DNA from: Girardia tigrina
Lineage: Eukaryota
NCBI GenBank assembly: GCA_001938485.1
Contig: MQRK01242767.1
Location: forward strand, 3,123-67,122
Length of the DNA stretch: 64,000 nucleotides
Reading direction: 5' to 3'
Below the pieces are notes generated by a model. That model saw nothing but the letters and a program-made list of their open reading frames with translations, made no database searches and was not told the DNA's origin. The position numbers were made by a program, and so were the translations under genes. Below are positions 1 through 12,849 of the stretch, piece by piece (within the stretch, counting starts at the first letter, position 1; each line of letters begins with the position of its first letter).

Positions 1-422
1 AAAAACGTCCCTTGGTTACCGTTACCCTGGGAACCATGACCTTGGTTACGTCACCAAGTGAACCGGAACGGTTCCTAAGGTGATCGTGACCGTTGCTATG
101 GTGATCACGACCGTTGCTAAGATGATCGCGACCGTTGCTATGGTGATCGCGACCGTTGCTAAGGTGATCGCGACCGTTGCTAGGGAACCGTGGACCAATC
201 AGAAGTGTTTTTAGGTAATCGCGACCGTTGCTAGGGAACCGGGGGGCCAATCAGAAGCGTTGCTAAGGTGATCGCGACCGTTGCCATGGTAACCGTGACC
301 GTTGCTAGGGTGATCGCGACCGTTGCCATGGCAACCCCGCGTGGTAACTGGTTACGTAACCATGGCAACGGCCTACCCCCCCCGGGGGGGGTCTGCCGGA
401 GAATCCCCATTTTTCCCCTACT
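1..422. repeat. GC-rich ~21-bp tandem array (unit ~GGTGATCGCGACCGTTGCTAA) ending in a C-run/G-run palindrome; probably an element terminus, open at the window edge
   Basis: About 10 imperfect units, two CCAATCAGAAG motifs, CCCCCCC-GGGGGGGG near 376-391, and a sharp drop to AT-rich DNA after 422. Confidence 0.8.
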
Positions 423-1844
423 GTTATTTAGCACAAATCTTTGGATCTTAAGACCAACATATCAACTGCACTCTTCAACTTTATTGACAGTGAATAAACG
501 ATGTACTGATGGCGTATTGGTTCAATAATCTCTATCTTCACTTACTGCACTCATTCTTTTAAAATATCATTTGTTCTGACAATGACCGCTAAAACATCAA
601 AATTAATAAAAAAATATCTAATAATTGTAATTCTCATTGATGAATGATTTCATTTGTAATGAATTACAATTCTTTTCAAATCCATTTATATAAATATTGA
701 CACATTAAAAGATTAAGAGACTTTCCGTAAACTCCGTCGTGTTATTGAGTCAAGCAAATCAAAATTTTGTATGAATTATAATTTAATGTTATTAAAATTC
801 CTGGCCCTAGGGGCAGCGAGGGTTGGTAAGTCAATTATTTTCGAGTATCTGAGACCATAATTTTCTGTCAATTATCATACGATCCTAATTAATTTGCTAT
901 GGAACTACTTTGCTCCAAATGAGCTGTAAAGTAAATTTATTTTATTTATGTCATGGTCTTTTTTCCGCTTTCTCTGTTCGATTATTATTTCACAAGCGGT
1001 TGCAGATAAGCGAAAATTCTAATTCCATTCTTATGAGCTCTGTCGAGAAAACAGAGGAGAGCTATCTCGGCGGAATCTGATTTTTGGTCAGACATTTGTA
1101 GAAATAATTTCTCATATTTGTTATCAGATTTCAGTAAATTTTAAAGAAGAGTGTCGTGATATAAATATATTAGACACAACTATAATAATTGAAGGCGGAG
1201 TGGTAAAAGAGAAGCTTTTCTTTGACAAAGGTAGAAGGGCTGATGAACTTTCGTTCTAAAAGAACTGATTGAAGTAATTAAAAATGAAATTAAAAATTTT
1301 GATGTATAAAATTAATTTAAATGAGATAAAGTAATGGCAAGAAAGATAAACGAATCGTCACATCCGTACCAGAATAGCAGAATATAATCAATTAAGTTAA
1401 AATAGCTCGATTATGGATTATATTTTGAAGTGTCATGTAAAGGAAAATTAAGTTTTGATAATTAAGTTTTTGAAACCTAGTTTATACGTGTAAAATGATT
1501 CATCCAATCATATTAAAGTATTTTAACATAAGACGTAAATTATATAATGGTCTTCTAATTATATACACAATCGCAGTTGATTTAAATGCAGAACTGAGTA
1601 TGCCAAGAAGGCGAAACATATTTTCTATAGATAAACATTCAAAATGGTGTTATTGTCTTTATTATCACATTTGCCATTAATTGATCAAAATGTCGAATTA
1701 AAAAAGTTGTAAAAGGTTTCCTTGAAATTTTAACAGAAAACTAAGCTAACTAAATTTTAAGAAGTTATTTCTATATAACCAAATATTAAATATTACATAG
1801 GTTTATTATTATTTATTTAAAAAGTTTGATCCTTTGATGTGCTG

Positions 1845-2345
1845 ATTTCCGGATCGTACTGTGGATACCATCACCTTTTCAATGTGCTGGAAATTCTCAC
1901 TCGGCCGGACGGATCAGCCGGTCTGATGCCGACCAGAATTTGATTGCATCCGGCTGGTATCGATCGGTGCACAGTTGAGTTATTGTCCCCATCCGGTACG
2001 CGTAGCTCTCCGTACCGCGTCCCCGTTCTTGCGACCGCTGATGGTGCTCGATGTAGTGGTTGGTTGTCTCGGTTCGCCGACCCGTTGCCCAGATGTGCCT
2101 TTGAGGTGGTCATGAGGATCCGCCGTGCGTCGTCGAATGGCGTGTGGCGATGGCGCACGAGATTCGATCGATCGGGATCGCCGTTGAGTAGGATGGTTTG
2201 AGACATGCTCGTGAGCTTCCACGGTGTAGTACAGTTTGGCCGCGGGGTTGAAATCAGTGAGAGTGAACGATGTTCAGCTGACTTGATTCGCCTCTGAACG
2301 ACACCTCTACGTGAGCGAGACATGATGATCGGTGCGGGGTGAACA
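1845..2345 (-). other. GC-rich coding-like island of unknown origin
   Basis: Markedly higher GC than the flanks, with overlapping ORFs (1871-2323, 1980-2222). No family recognised with confidence. Confidence 0.35.
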
Positions 2346-3055
2346 ACAGGGAAAATATTATTGTAAATGGAAAAGATTCACCCACTATAATAATATTTAT
2401 TCACATAACATCCGCCATTGTACATTGTTCATAACTGAATTTTTATATTGTGCAAATTTTCAATGTAATTTAAACAACCATAATTAGTTCATAATAATAA
2501 TTTCGAATTTTAATTTTTTTCTCAGTAAAATTTTTTTGTCAAAAACTTTGCGAGCACCACATCCATAAATATCGAAAAACAAAAACACAAAGAATTTTGT
2601 TTTATAATAATTATTTTTTTTAAATTTAAAATTCTTAAAATATTATATTTTTTATTTCTGATACTAAATTATTTTTCTTGGACATAACAATTGTTTTCTT
2701 CAAATGCAAAATCACGCTAATTGTGCAAAACTTACAAGATTCTCAAATTTGTTTTCTTGATTTTGTTTGAAACATACGATACTTTTATTATGTTTTTATT
2801 TTTAGTTTAATAAAATACTAGAAAGTTTATAGGCGGTAAGCCGCCCGTGGAAAAAAACTTCTAAAGATTTAGTAATTTAGTAAGTTTTTCACACTTCATT
2901 TGAAAGTTTGCAATAAAAACTCACTCAATTACTTTTAAATTTTTTATTTAATAAGTAATAATTTATAATTTTCTTATAATTTTCTTACTTATATCCACAC
3001 GGAGTTTGATTTATTATGATTTATTATTATTTATTAGGATTTAATAGGATGTATT

Positions 3056-5052
3056 TTGAATGAATGGAGAACAGTGGAAAATAAAAAAAGAACACCAAGA
3101 CCACAGAACAAGAAATTCATAGAACAAGAAACAAGAAAAAAATTTAAAGTTCGAAAAATTACCTGTTGGGCATGCAGCGAAGAAGAGCATGTTAGAAGAA
3201 AGTGCCCAAACGTGAAATGTAGTCATTGTAATAGAAAAGGGCATTAAGAACACAGTGTTATGAAAACCCTAATAGATTTAGGGAGCGTGATCAATGGAAA
3301 AGGGATAATGGAAATAATCGATGGAACAACAGGCAAAATTACTCGAATCAACGGTATAGAGAACGGCCAACATACACAAATAGGAAATACCCAGTAGTAG
3401 AAGTGGACGAACTAAATGATGAATTGTACATAAGAGAAGACTCTAGAAAAGAGGACTATTCTGAAGGAACGTATATAAGAGAAGATGGCAAAAGACTGGA
3501 ATATCCCGTAGGTAACAGAAAATTAAGAAATGATTAGGGAAACGAGGATGCACGATCACAGGAAGAAGTGATCAGTGTGCTACAATAGGAACTCAATGTA
3601 TGTGTATGATTGATTGTATGTATGAATGTGTTTGTGATTGTATGCTTGATGATGTGCTTGAAAATATTCCTCTGGAGATGTGTAGATTGGATAATGAACC
3701 TGAAGAAGATGAGGAAATATGTGCTAATATGGATATAGAAAATGAGAATAAAATAAAAAATAATGCTGAAGATGTATTGATATTACCGAAGTTTAACATA
3801 AAATATAAAGAATTAAAAGGTAGACCAAGTATAGAGTTCCGAATAAAGAATAAACATGTCAAATGCCTGTTAGATACAGGAGCTCGAGTCAACGTTATTA
3901 AAGTAGAGATAATTAAAGATATGAAAGTTGTCAAGATCAAAGAAACTAAAAGACGAATACATTGTGCGAATGATTCAGAACTTATAAACTATGGTATTGT
4001 TCAACTTAAATTGATAATTGAAAGAATGCAGAAAACAGTGGATTTCTTTGTGGTCAAAGATTTAGATCCAGAAATGATAGCAGGAATAGATTTCTTGGAC
4101 AAATTCAGGATTAACTTAAAGAGAGAACCATCAAATACTAATGAGTTACTGGTAATACGAGACAATCCATCAGACGAGGATAGACTGAGGAGAATAAAAT
4201 AGCTGTTTGCAAACAAAATTGACAACCAACTAATGGAAATTTTAACAGTATTTAAATCAATATTTATGACCGACAAATGGGATATTGGAAGGACGTCACT
4301 GATCAAACACAAGATCGAAACGCATGGAGAACCGTTTTTAGTGAAACCTTATCGACAACCAAAACATTTCGAGGAAAAACTTGACGATATTATTCAAAAT
4401 TATGAAGAAAACGATATTATAGAGAAATGCAGTTCACAGTGGAATTTCCCTCTAGTTTGTGTTTGGAAAAAGGAGAAACAGGACATTTGAGTGTGTGTAG
4501 ATTTTCGACAATTGAATAAAATCACCGTTAGACCTGCATTCCCAATGCCGAATGTTGAGGAAATGTTGAATACACTAAACGGAGCGAAGTATTTTAGTAC
4601 AATCGATTTAGGAAACACATACCATCAAGTGGAACTTGAAGATGGATCAAAAGTCAAAACAGCATTTTCAACAATGGATGGCAATCTGCTTCAAAAGAAT
4701 GACATTTGCAATTGCAGCAGCACCAGCAACGTTTCAAGAACTGATGGTAAGAGTTTTGGGTGAATTAAATTGGAAAGAGGCAGTTGTGTATTTAGACGAT
4801 ATATTAATTTTCGCAAAAGACAAGGAAGAACACCTCAAACGAATTGAACACGTATTTAGTAAAATAAAGCAATCGGATCTGAGAATTAATTCAGATAAAT
4901 GTAACTTTTTGATTGAAAAGACAAAGATTTTGGAATATGTGATCACCAGAGATGGCATAGAAACAGATCAGACAAAGATCGATGCGATTTGCAAGTTTCA
5001 GAATCCTTCATGTGTAGAACATTTGAGAAGCTTTTTAGGTTTAACGAACTAA
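3056..5052 (+). mobile_element. Ty3/Gypsy family A relic: gag (tandem CCHC knuckles), protease, RT; stops and frameshifts; truncated
   Basis: CWACSEEEHVRRKC..CSHCNRKGH; LLDTGA protease motif; CVDFRQLN, FSTIDL and YLDD RT motifs; LRSFLGL. Confidence 0.95.
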
Positions 5053-5059
5053 CGAAATT

Positions 5060-5387
5060 TTAATATTAAAAATTTAAATAAAGTAAATAGTTTTTAACTC
5101 AGTTTTAAATTAAATAAATGTTCTTTCTTTACATAAAATCATTTTTTTAATAAAATTAATATGTAGATAAATTAATATTACTAAAATTAAAAATAAAACT
5201 AACTTTAAAAATAAAATCTGAAAATAATGAAAATTTGTTTGAATAATTGTTTATTAAAAAACATTAACTAAAATTCATCAATTTAGAACGATGTCGAATT
5301 ACGAAAGCTTTGCTGAGAATTGTCCAAAAGACAATTCTAATTGTTTTGAAAATAAAAGTTCGAAAAGCCATGTTGGTGTTCTTAATA
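5060..5387 (+). mobile_element. Partial family A LTR (3' half)
   Basis: Ends GGTGTTCTTAATA like the LTR at 53946-54377 and carries the same 32-codon U5 ORF. The 5' boundary is approximate. Confidence 0.7.
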
Positions 5388-5602
5388 GCATAAATAGAAA
5401 AATTAATGAAAGCAAAGAGCAACAAAGAGAACTGCTGCTGGCGTTGCAGAAATGGAAAGAAGAATGTGCTAAGCTGAATGACGAATTGACAAAGAGGAAA
5501 ACCGAATTTGAGAACTACAGAAAACATTCAGTTCATCTATCAATTCATAAACCGGTTGTGGATAAATATTTGTTAGGACAACAAAGAATAAAGTCTTTAT
5601 AA
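5291..5602 (+). CDS. Chimeric ORF: 32-aa LTR-encoded Gag leader fused to an unrelated coiled-coil-like segment
   Basis: MSNYESFAENCPKDNSNCFENKSSKSHVGVLN is homologous to the other LTR leaders. The remainder (KEQQRELLLALQKWKEECAKLNDEL..) is not Gag. Expression unknown. Confidence 0.35.
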   Translation: MSNYESFAENCPKDNSNCFENKSSKSHVGVLNSINRKINESKEQQRELLLALQKWKEECAKLNDELTKRKTEFENYRKHSVHLSIHKPVVDKYLLGQQRIKSL

Positions 5603-7739
5603 AACGAGATCACTGAGATGAGTATTCGGCAAAATATGTCCAGCTACTAAAAGAAGGTGATCGAAAAAGTCTCAGAAGAGCAACCGGAGTTAATTATAGA
5701 CACAGCAAACAAAATTGGGTCAAATTTGGAAAAAAAACTATGGTGACGAACCTAAACATTTATGGGTCAATTATGAAAGAGTATATAGCATCATCTTCCT
5801 CTGGGGTGCTCAGCAAATCCTAGAAGCGGTGTCAGCAGAGGAAGCATAGAGCTCAAATGTTTCAACAGGCCAAGAGGGAGCTGCAAGCTGTTTTTAAAAC
5901 CAGTCGTATTGAGGTTGACGTCCATGATGGAAAGACTGTAATCAGAAATGACACCAGTCAAAGAGAGTCTTCTGATTTTGATACCTCTAATCAAATTTCG
6001 TTGTTTTTCCCAACAAATAATTTCCAAGAGACTATATAACAACAAGAATGACTAAACCTAAAGTCAAAACTTGAAATTCAGAAGGAGAATCGTGACTGCC
6101 TACAGTTCCGCTCTATCACAACTGGTAAAGGTGAAGAGTTTGTAAATCTATCAGATTTGGATGACTAAGGACGATGGGTGTATTGCTTTTCATTAGCATT
6201 TTCTTTTTTTCTTGTTATATTTTAATAAAACAATGTCTACATATAATTTGTTCATGTTCTTTTAGCTTTAATCTCTGTTATGAAAATGATAAAATCATGA
6301 TAAGAAACATAATAATCAAATCAAAAAGAAACATGTTGATGAAAAAATAAGATAATCATTAATTAAATAGAAGTAGCATAAGTCAATTTTCTTAGACCTA
6401 ATATATTTAAATATAATTTAGAACCCAATAGGTACTACTTCAACTTCACTGGCGAGATCAAAGGACCAGATGGGGTTTATTAGGGTACGATATGGATCTC
6501 TAATAAATGTGAGTTAAGGACACTTTCCAAAGAGACATATCCAAATAATATGTTGGGTCCAATGGTGAATTCTCACAGTACAATAATTAATAAAATTAAA
6601 ATAATAATATAAAACCCAACATGTGGAACGCCGAAATTGTATTATTCATTTCAAATATTCATTATTTTGGGAACATAAAATGACCCTCATTATAGCCTCA
6701 ATTTATGATTGGAAAATGAAAAACTTTTGACCGGAAAATCCGGATCAGTAGATATATTTTAATAAAGAAAAAAATAGAGTAATCACTAAAAGTTTTTAAA
6801 ATAAGAATTTTAAATAAATAATTAGCAAAATAAATTTTGTAATGTAAATTTATGATAAAAAGGCTACTACGAAATTATTTTTAAAAAATTTTAAATTATA
6901 TTAATAGTTTTAAAAAATAATTTGAAAATAAGTGTTTTGTATAAATTTAATAAATTAATTTTATTTGTCATTAAAATATATTTTATAAATAAATTTTAAA
7001 AATAAAGTTTGATTAAACAAAAATTTCAAAAAAATGTTAGGATATAATGAAGTGAATTGATAAAAATTAAAACTAGGATAATAATTTAAACGAAATTAAT
7101 TAATGATTTGACGATATGGAAAATTTAGTTAACGAAAATTTGCTTGAAAATCTGTGTTTGTTACATTAATAAATTTTTGTGTTGAATATGAATTGCGAAC
7201 TTACTGATAATGAAAATCGCTTAAACGCCACTAACAGTTGTTTTAATATTTCAAATCGTTTTTTGTGTGAGTTTGAATTTTAAATGCCTAAAAATTGAAT
7301 AAAAATTTATTCCTTATGAATAATAAATTTAAAAAATTTGAATTAAGTTATTTTGTTTATTTTAAGGTTTTCGGATCAACCACTTGAACTTATAATAGAT
7401 TTCAGACTTTAAACAGACAAGGAGCACCTCTGTTGTTAAGTACGTGTCCTTTCTTGTTACAGTGGTTGCACTTGATATTTAGACATTATTTAATCACATG
7501 TTCTTGATTGTGCAACGCTCAAAAAATAGTTCTTCTGGCCTTGAAATTTCTTCTCATTTCTATTCTTATTCCTGGCTCTTTTTATGGTCCATAGATTCAT
7601 TATCTTATTTTGAACTGTCCATCATTCAGTATCTTTCTTTGTTGTGTCGTCCATCCATGTACATCTACTTTTTAAATTGAATTGGTATATTTTATCCTAT
7701 TAAACTTTCGATATCTTTGGCTTTCGAGACACTTCTACA

Positions 7740-9372
7740 CTTCTTTATCATTCAATTAACGTTCAAAGCCTTGAATTTCATCATACAAATTGTGAATAAA
7801 CTGTCCTTTGCCTTGAAATTACACATTAAGATCATTGAAATGCTGAGTCATGTCGATAAGAAACCCAAAATCGCACATCCATTCTTTATTACTGAAATGA
7901 GGAAAGGCATAGCCCGTCATATCTAAGAACAATGGTCTTTCGTTTCTTAGGTTGTATACTTTTTTAGCATTGTACCTCTAAGCCAAAGTACTTCGATATT
8001 AAAAATCACGTCGCCATTTTCAATTTTAAAATTTTTCTAGAACTTTATAAATTCACGGTGATGTAACGCTCGCGACTTTATAAAATTGATTGTTTTATGA
8101 ATTGGTACTGTCACATTTGACAAACTCAATCTTTTTGCACAAAAACTTTCCTGGTGAATTTTGCAGTGTTTAATGAGTATTTACCTTCCAGTGACCTTCT
8201 TAACCTTCATCCGTCCCTCAAATCGACTGTACACTTCGGGCCGAAAAAGACCTGAGGGACGGATGAAGGTTAATGTCTTGAAAAAACATTCCTGATACAG
8301 CAATCTCAATGCTTGACATTTCTTGTGTTCCATATGTCGATATACCAATAATCTTTTTTAATAAAATTGGAATTTTTTCCAACACAGACTTTAGTTCATC
8401 GTATAGGTATTTGCTGGTTGTAGACCCTTGCATTAAAATTCTTGCATTAATTCTCATCAAGTGCCAAAGCACAATTTTCGAATTTATCAATGCGTTCACG
8501 AAGCATTGTTGCCATGTTCTCGGACAAGTATTCGATTTGCCTTGCAATGGCGAATGTTGATAAACTTATATTTGAAGTAATATTTATTTAATCAGGAAAG
8601 ACTATTCCTGCAACAGCAGTCAGATATTCGTTTATCATCTCTCCACCTGCTAAGGGTTTCATTTTCTAACAGTATTTGTCTGACAAAAAAACTAGTCTTT
8701 CCTGTGCAATTTTATACAATAGCTTGTTGTTTTCCCAATTTTTTTCTCCATTTCATTAAACTTATCTCTCCGGAGTTTTCCTGTTAAGTTTTGTATTTTT
8801 GTTCATGTATCTTATTTTTTCTGTTTTACTTTTTTAATGTTTACGCAGTCTCTGAGCATTTTAAGCATACAACTTTATCTGTACCGAAAGTTAAAAATAA
8901 TCAAATTTCCACTTTTCTTGGAAATACCTGTGCTCATCAGCAACCTTCCATTTTTTGCTTTCCTTTTCCAAGGTGCTATTATGGATTAAAAATTTGAAAG
9001 TTAAAAAAAATTGTAGGAAAGCATAATTTTGCAAAAAAAAACTAATATTATTTTTTTTACAATAATATTGCAATGTTGCCTTTCAAGAAACACAAGAACT
9101 GCTATAGTTGCCAGTTAACATTTTACCAGCCTGACTGATTGCGTGAAAGAAGCAAACACAAACAAGTACAAAAGCGACGCGTTCGTATTGCATGTTTGAA
9201 CAAGTTGACGACGAGGGAATAACTCGTCACAAAAATTGTTTTGGTTTAGTATGTACTACCTTTTATTATAATTTATCCTATAACAATATATTGGTGGGAG
9301 AAAGTCTTTAAAATGAATTCAAATTCAAAAATGCTTGTAACTGGCCCGCGGCCCATGTGTTACTCACCCCTG
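7740..9372 (-). mobile_element. hAT transposon relic (SPIN/Charlie, GTF2IRD2-like transposase)
   Basis: TIR-like start CAGGGGTGAGTAAC..GGGCCGCGGGCC at 9372. Fragments KVADEHRYFQEKW, QGSTTS..ISTYG, HCKIHQESFCAK, RALHHREF, EVLWLRG, EWMCDFGFLIDMTQHFNDLN. Confidence 0.88.
8204..8269. mobile_element. 66-bp piggyBac-like miniature element
   Basis: Perfect 17-bp TIRs (CCTTCATCCGTCCCTCA / TGAGGGACGGATGAAGG) with TTAA on both sides (8200-8203, 8270-8273). It interrupts the hAT transposase. Confidence 0.85.
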
Positions 9373-10023
9373 TGTTGGGATATACCAGTCGTGATAACTC
9401 TTTTCCATATTGTTTTCTATTATTTTCCTAACTAGTTCTTCTTCATACGTATGATTGAGGGGACATTTGACGGAAATTTCTTCACAACAAGTTTCCTCAT
9501 TTTCTAAAGAATGTTCTTTTCTTTGGTGTTGTCTGCTTTCATATTTGTTTCCCAGATTTCTTCTTGAACTAAAACAAGTAAGAGTCTCCTTACTTCCGTG
9601 AATCTCATGCTATTGATATATCTACTATAGCTCATAAGTAATGCATATATGATTTTCAACATTTTTATAAATGTCCCAATGTAAACTGTAACGAGGATAA
9701 CACTTGACAAACTTTTATCATTTGAAATCGAACTCAAATTAACTGATTTTAGAATAAATCATTTAAAAAAATTGTTTGAACAAATATTTCCAATTTACAC
9801 AATTAAATTCATTTTAATGATTTTATTTTAAAACTTAAAATTAATCTTAATAATAATTTCATCTAATATTTTACTTTTTTCAAAGATTTTTATTTAAGGA
9901 ACTTTTACTCAATCGGTTTTAAAAATTTAGTTTACACTTTTTTTATTTTAACACAATCAATAAGTTTTAATAATAAAAGTTGCTAAATATCTTTTGTTGC
10001 AATTTAAAATGTAAATCATACTC

Positions 10024-11439
10024 GGTGAGGCGACTTTACCGCGGCAACTTTACCGCGGCGACTTTACCACGGGCGAATTTACCGCGGACGACTTTACCGC
10101 GGACGTCTTTACCGCGGACGACTTTACCGCGGATTTTTTCAGAAAAAAATATTAAAAATTTATAATATTAAATAATTAAATAAATTCAATTTTCTTAAAA
10201 TTTTTAATTAAGATATTTTTTGCCATTATTACCGAATAATACTTTATTAAAATATAATATTTATAATAAAATTTTCCATTTACGTTAATATACCTTTAAA
10301 AATATACCTTAAAATATTATAAATTTCTAAAAAAATTTTTCTCTCACTTTTTTCAGCATGGATCTTCAATTCTTTACTTCAAAATCTGGAAATCCGTTTG
10401 GATTAAAGATTAAGAAAAAAAAATTAAAAACAATTAAGATTAAATTGTTTTTTTCATCTGAATCAATCAATTTGGAAAAAATAAAAGAAACATCAAATCT
10501 TCCAGATCTCTATTCAAACAATGATGAAATTAGAACCATTCTGAAATCAATAATGGCTATAGCGTTTGTTCCTGTGGATGATATTATCACTGCCTTTTTG
10601 ACTTTACTTGATCTTTCTAATGATTATCCAGAACTGGATGATGTCTTTGCATATTTTGAGGATACATATATTGGCCGTGGTCGTGGAGAACGAGGATTAC
10701 GTCCTTGATATTCAATTCAGTGTTGGAATGTATATGACCGCATTATTTCTCATCTACCAAGCACAAACAATGTAATAGAAAATTGGCATCGTGCGTTTCA
10801 AAATTCTATTGCTTGCAATCACCCAACTGTTTATAGTTTGATAAATCAATTTCGTACTGAACAAGATTTTGTTGAACTAATTTTGCAGCGCATTAAAATT
10901 CTCTTTAGAATAGAAGAATTCCCACAATTCTCATCGCAAATTTATGCCAAAGTAAGTGAGAGGATTGAACGTGTCGTTGAGCAATACAATAATTTACCAA
11001 TATTGGATTATCTTAGAGGCGTGGCTCATAATTTAAACTTTTTGGATTAAAGTATATATTTACTATTCCATTATTTTAATATATCAGTTTAATATTTTTG
11101 TATCTTTCTTCTATTTACATATCACATTTTTGGGGTGTTATTCATTTGTTCTAGAATGTTATTTGAATTTTTTTTTTAAATTAGGAATTTACTAATTTTT
11201 CGTATGTTCTTTGTTTATTTTTTACATTAATAAGAATAATTAAATGTCATGTCGATCTGTAATTTTTTATCCATTTATGTTTTAAAATTAAACCAGTGTA
11301 TGATTCATTGTTTTATCATAACATAATTAAAATTTTTATTCATATTTTTGATGAAATTGTTCACTTATTGACAATTTGTTGTAAATTTTCCGCTGTAAAG
11401 TCACCCGCGGTAAAGTCGCCGCTGTAAAGTCGGCGTACC
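10024..11439 (+). mobile_element. MULE (Mutator-like) element, internally deleted, with tandem subterminal repeats
   Basis: TIRs built of 14-15-bp GACTTTACCGCGG repeats; 9-bp TSD ATCATACTC/AACATACTC; transposase C-terminal motifs AIAFVP, YFEDTYIG, WNVY..TNNVIENWHR, HPTVYSLI. Confidence 0.92.
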
Positions 11440-12849
11440 AACATACTCGAATAATCAACCATCGCGAACAGACAAGATATCGATTTTCCATCTGGTAGAA
11501 CAAACACATTTCCGAGTACCAAATTCATAGAATGGTATACCAATAAATTTTATTATTTTTTTTATAAATTGAAATAAATGAATATCGCAAAATTAATCAT
11601 AATTTATTTGGAAAATTAATTTTAAGAAGTGAATATTATTTATTATAAGTTTTCATCTTAAATTGGAAGTAGATTCTGTCTTAGTGTTACTGCGTCATGA
11701 CCCCCTCCTCTCATGGACCGCTCTCCGACCACCCTCTATCAGTCGTTAGGGATGCTGATTAAGATCTGCCAGGATTCTGTCAAAAAACTTATTCGTTGTA
11801 ATATTATCGTTGGCATAGTTAACTTTCCCAACAACTCTCGTGCGATGTCTTCTATCATAATTAATTAATTTTCTCTTCAGTTTTCCAATCTCAGAAAGAG
11901 GAAAATATTTCCTCAATCCAAATAAAATGTCGTCAAAACGACGACATTTTGTAAACATTTTTTACTGCAAAAAAATAAATAAAAAATAATCTTTCTTCTT
12001 AATTTATAAATAATATTGTTGTTTAATAAGAAAATAAAATATTATTTAAAACAGACTGCGTCTTTGGGAAACTGGGAATATTTTAGTTCTATTTTATTCA
12101 TTTAAAATGAATCAGTTTTGTACTTTGGTACGTATTTTTGATACTGTAGGTTCGATACTTTTTATTTACAACAGTCATTCGTCACATTTTATATTATTTC
12201 GTCCGTGTATAATTCATATTTTTCATGTAACTAGAAATCTTCACGTTCGCTTACATTTTTTTGTGTCTTGAACCACATGTTCAGATTTATATGATCTTGG
12301 TTTAAAGGAGAATCGGAAATCGACATTATTCAAAATTTTATTTAAACAACATAATAACATATTTTAGAACAAATCTTCGAGGAACCGTTTTTCTTTTACA
12401 CAAACCATTTGTGCATCAGGACAATGAAATATAAATACGAATACTTATTTTATTATTTTTCTTGAATTTCCAAAATAAGTTTTACAACATTTTTTTATTA
12501 AAATTTTATCTTTTCAAAATTTTGGTAAAATTGTTTCATTTTAATTCATTTTAAAAAATTATCATATCAGAAATATTTCAATTATAAAGTTTTCATTTTG
12601 ATTTTATTATATTATAAAATTGGCAATTTTTTAATAATATTTCAAAATTAAAATTCTGATTTTAGAATTTAATAAATTTTCAAATTTAATAAATTTAAAT
12701 TTTCCAAATATTTTAATGTATACAGTTGGGCTCTTTGTTGACGACCAAGTCCGGTGAAGAAGGAGCTCGTTCCTTATTCATTATAATAAGCACTGAATGA
12801 AGCCATTATCACTAAAAACGTTCTTCTTTCTTTAAAAGTTTTTTCTTTG

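Noticed and set aside
1-370. CRISPR-like array
   Set aside because: There are no unique spacers or cas genes, and the context is eukaryotic.
231-528. ORFs with VATVAM/TVAIT repeats
   Set aside because: They are translations of the 21-bp tandem repeat, with no independent coding evidence.
9980-10165. ORF with TLPR repeats
   Set aside because: It is a translation of the MULE subterminal repeats.
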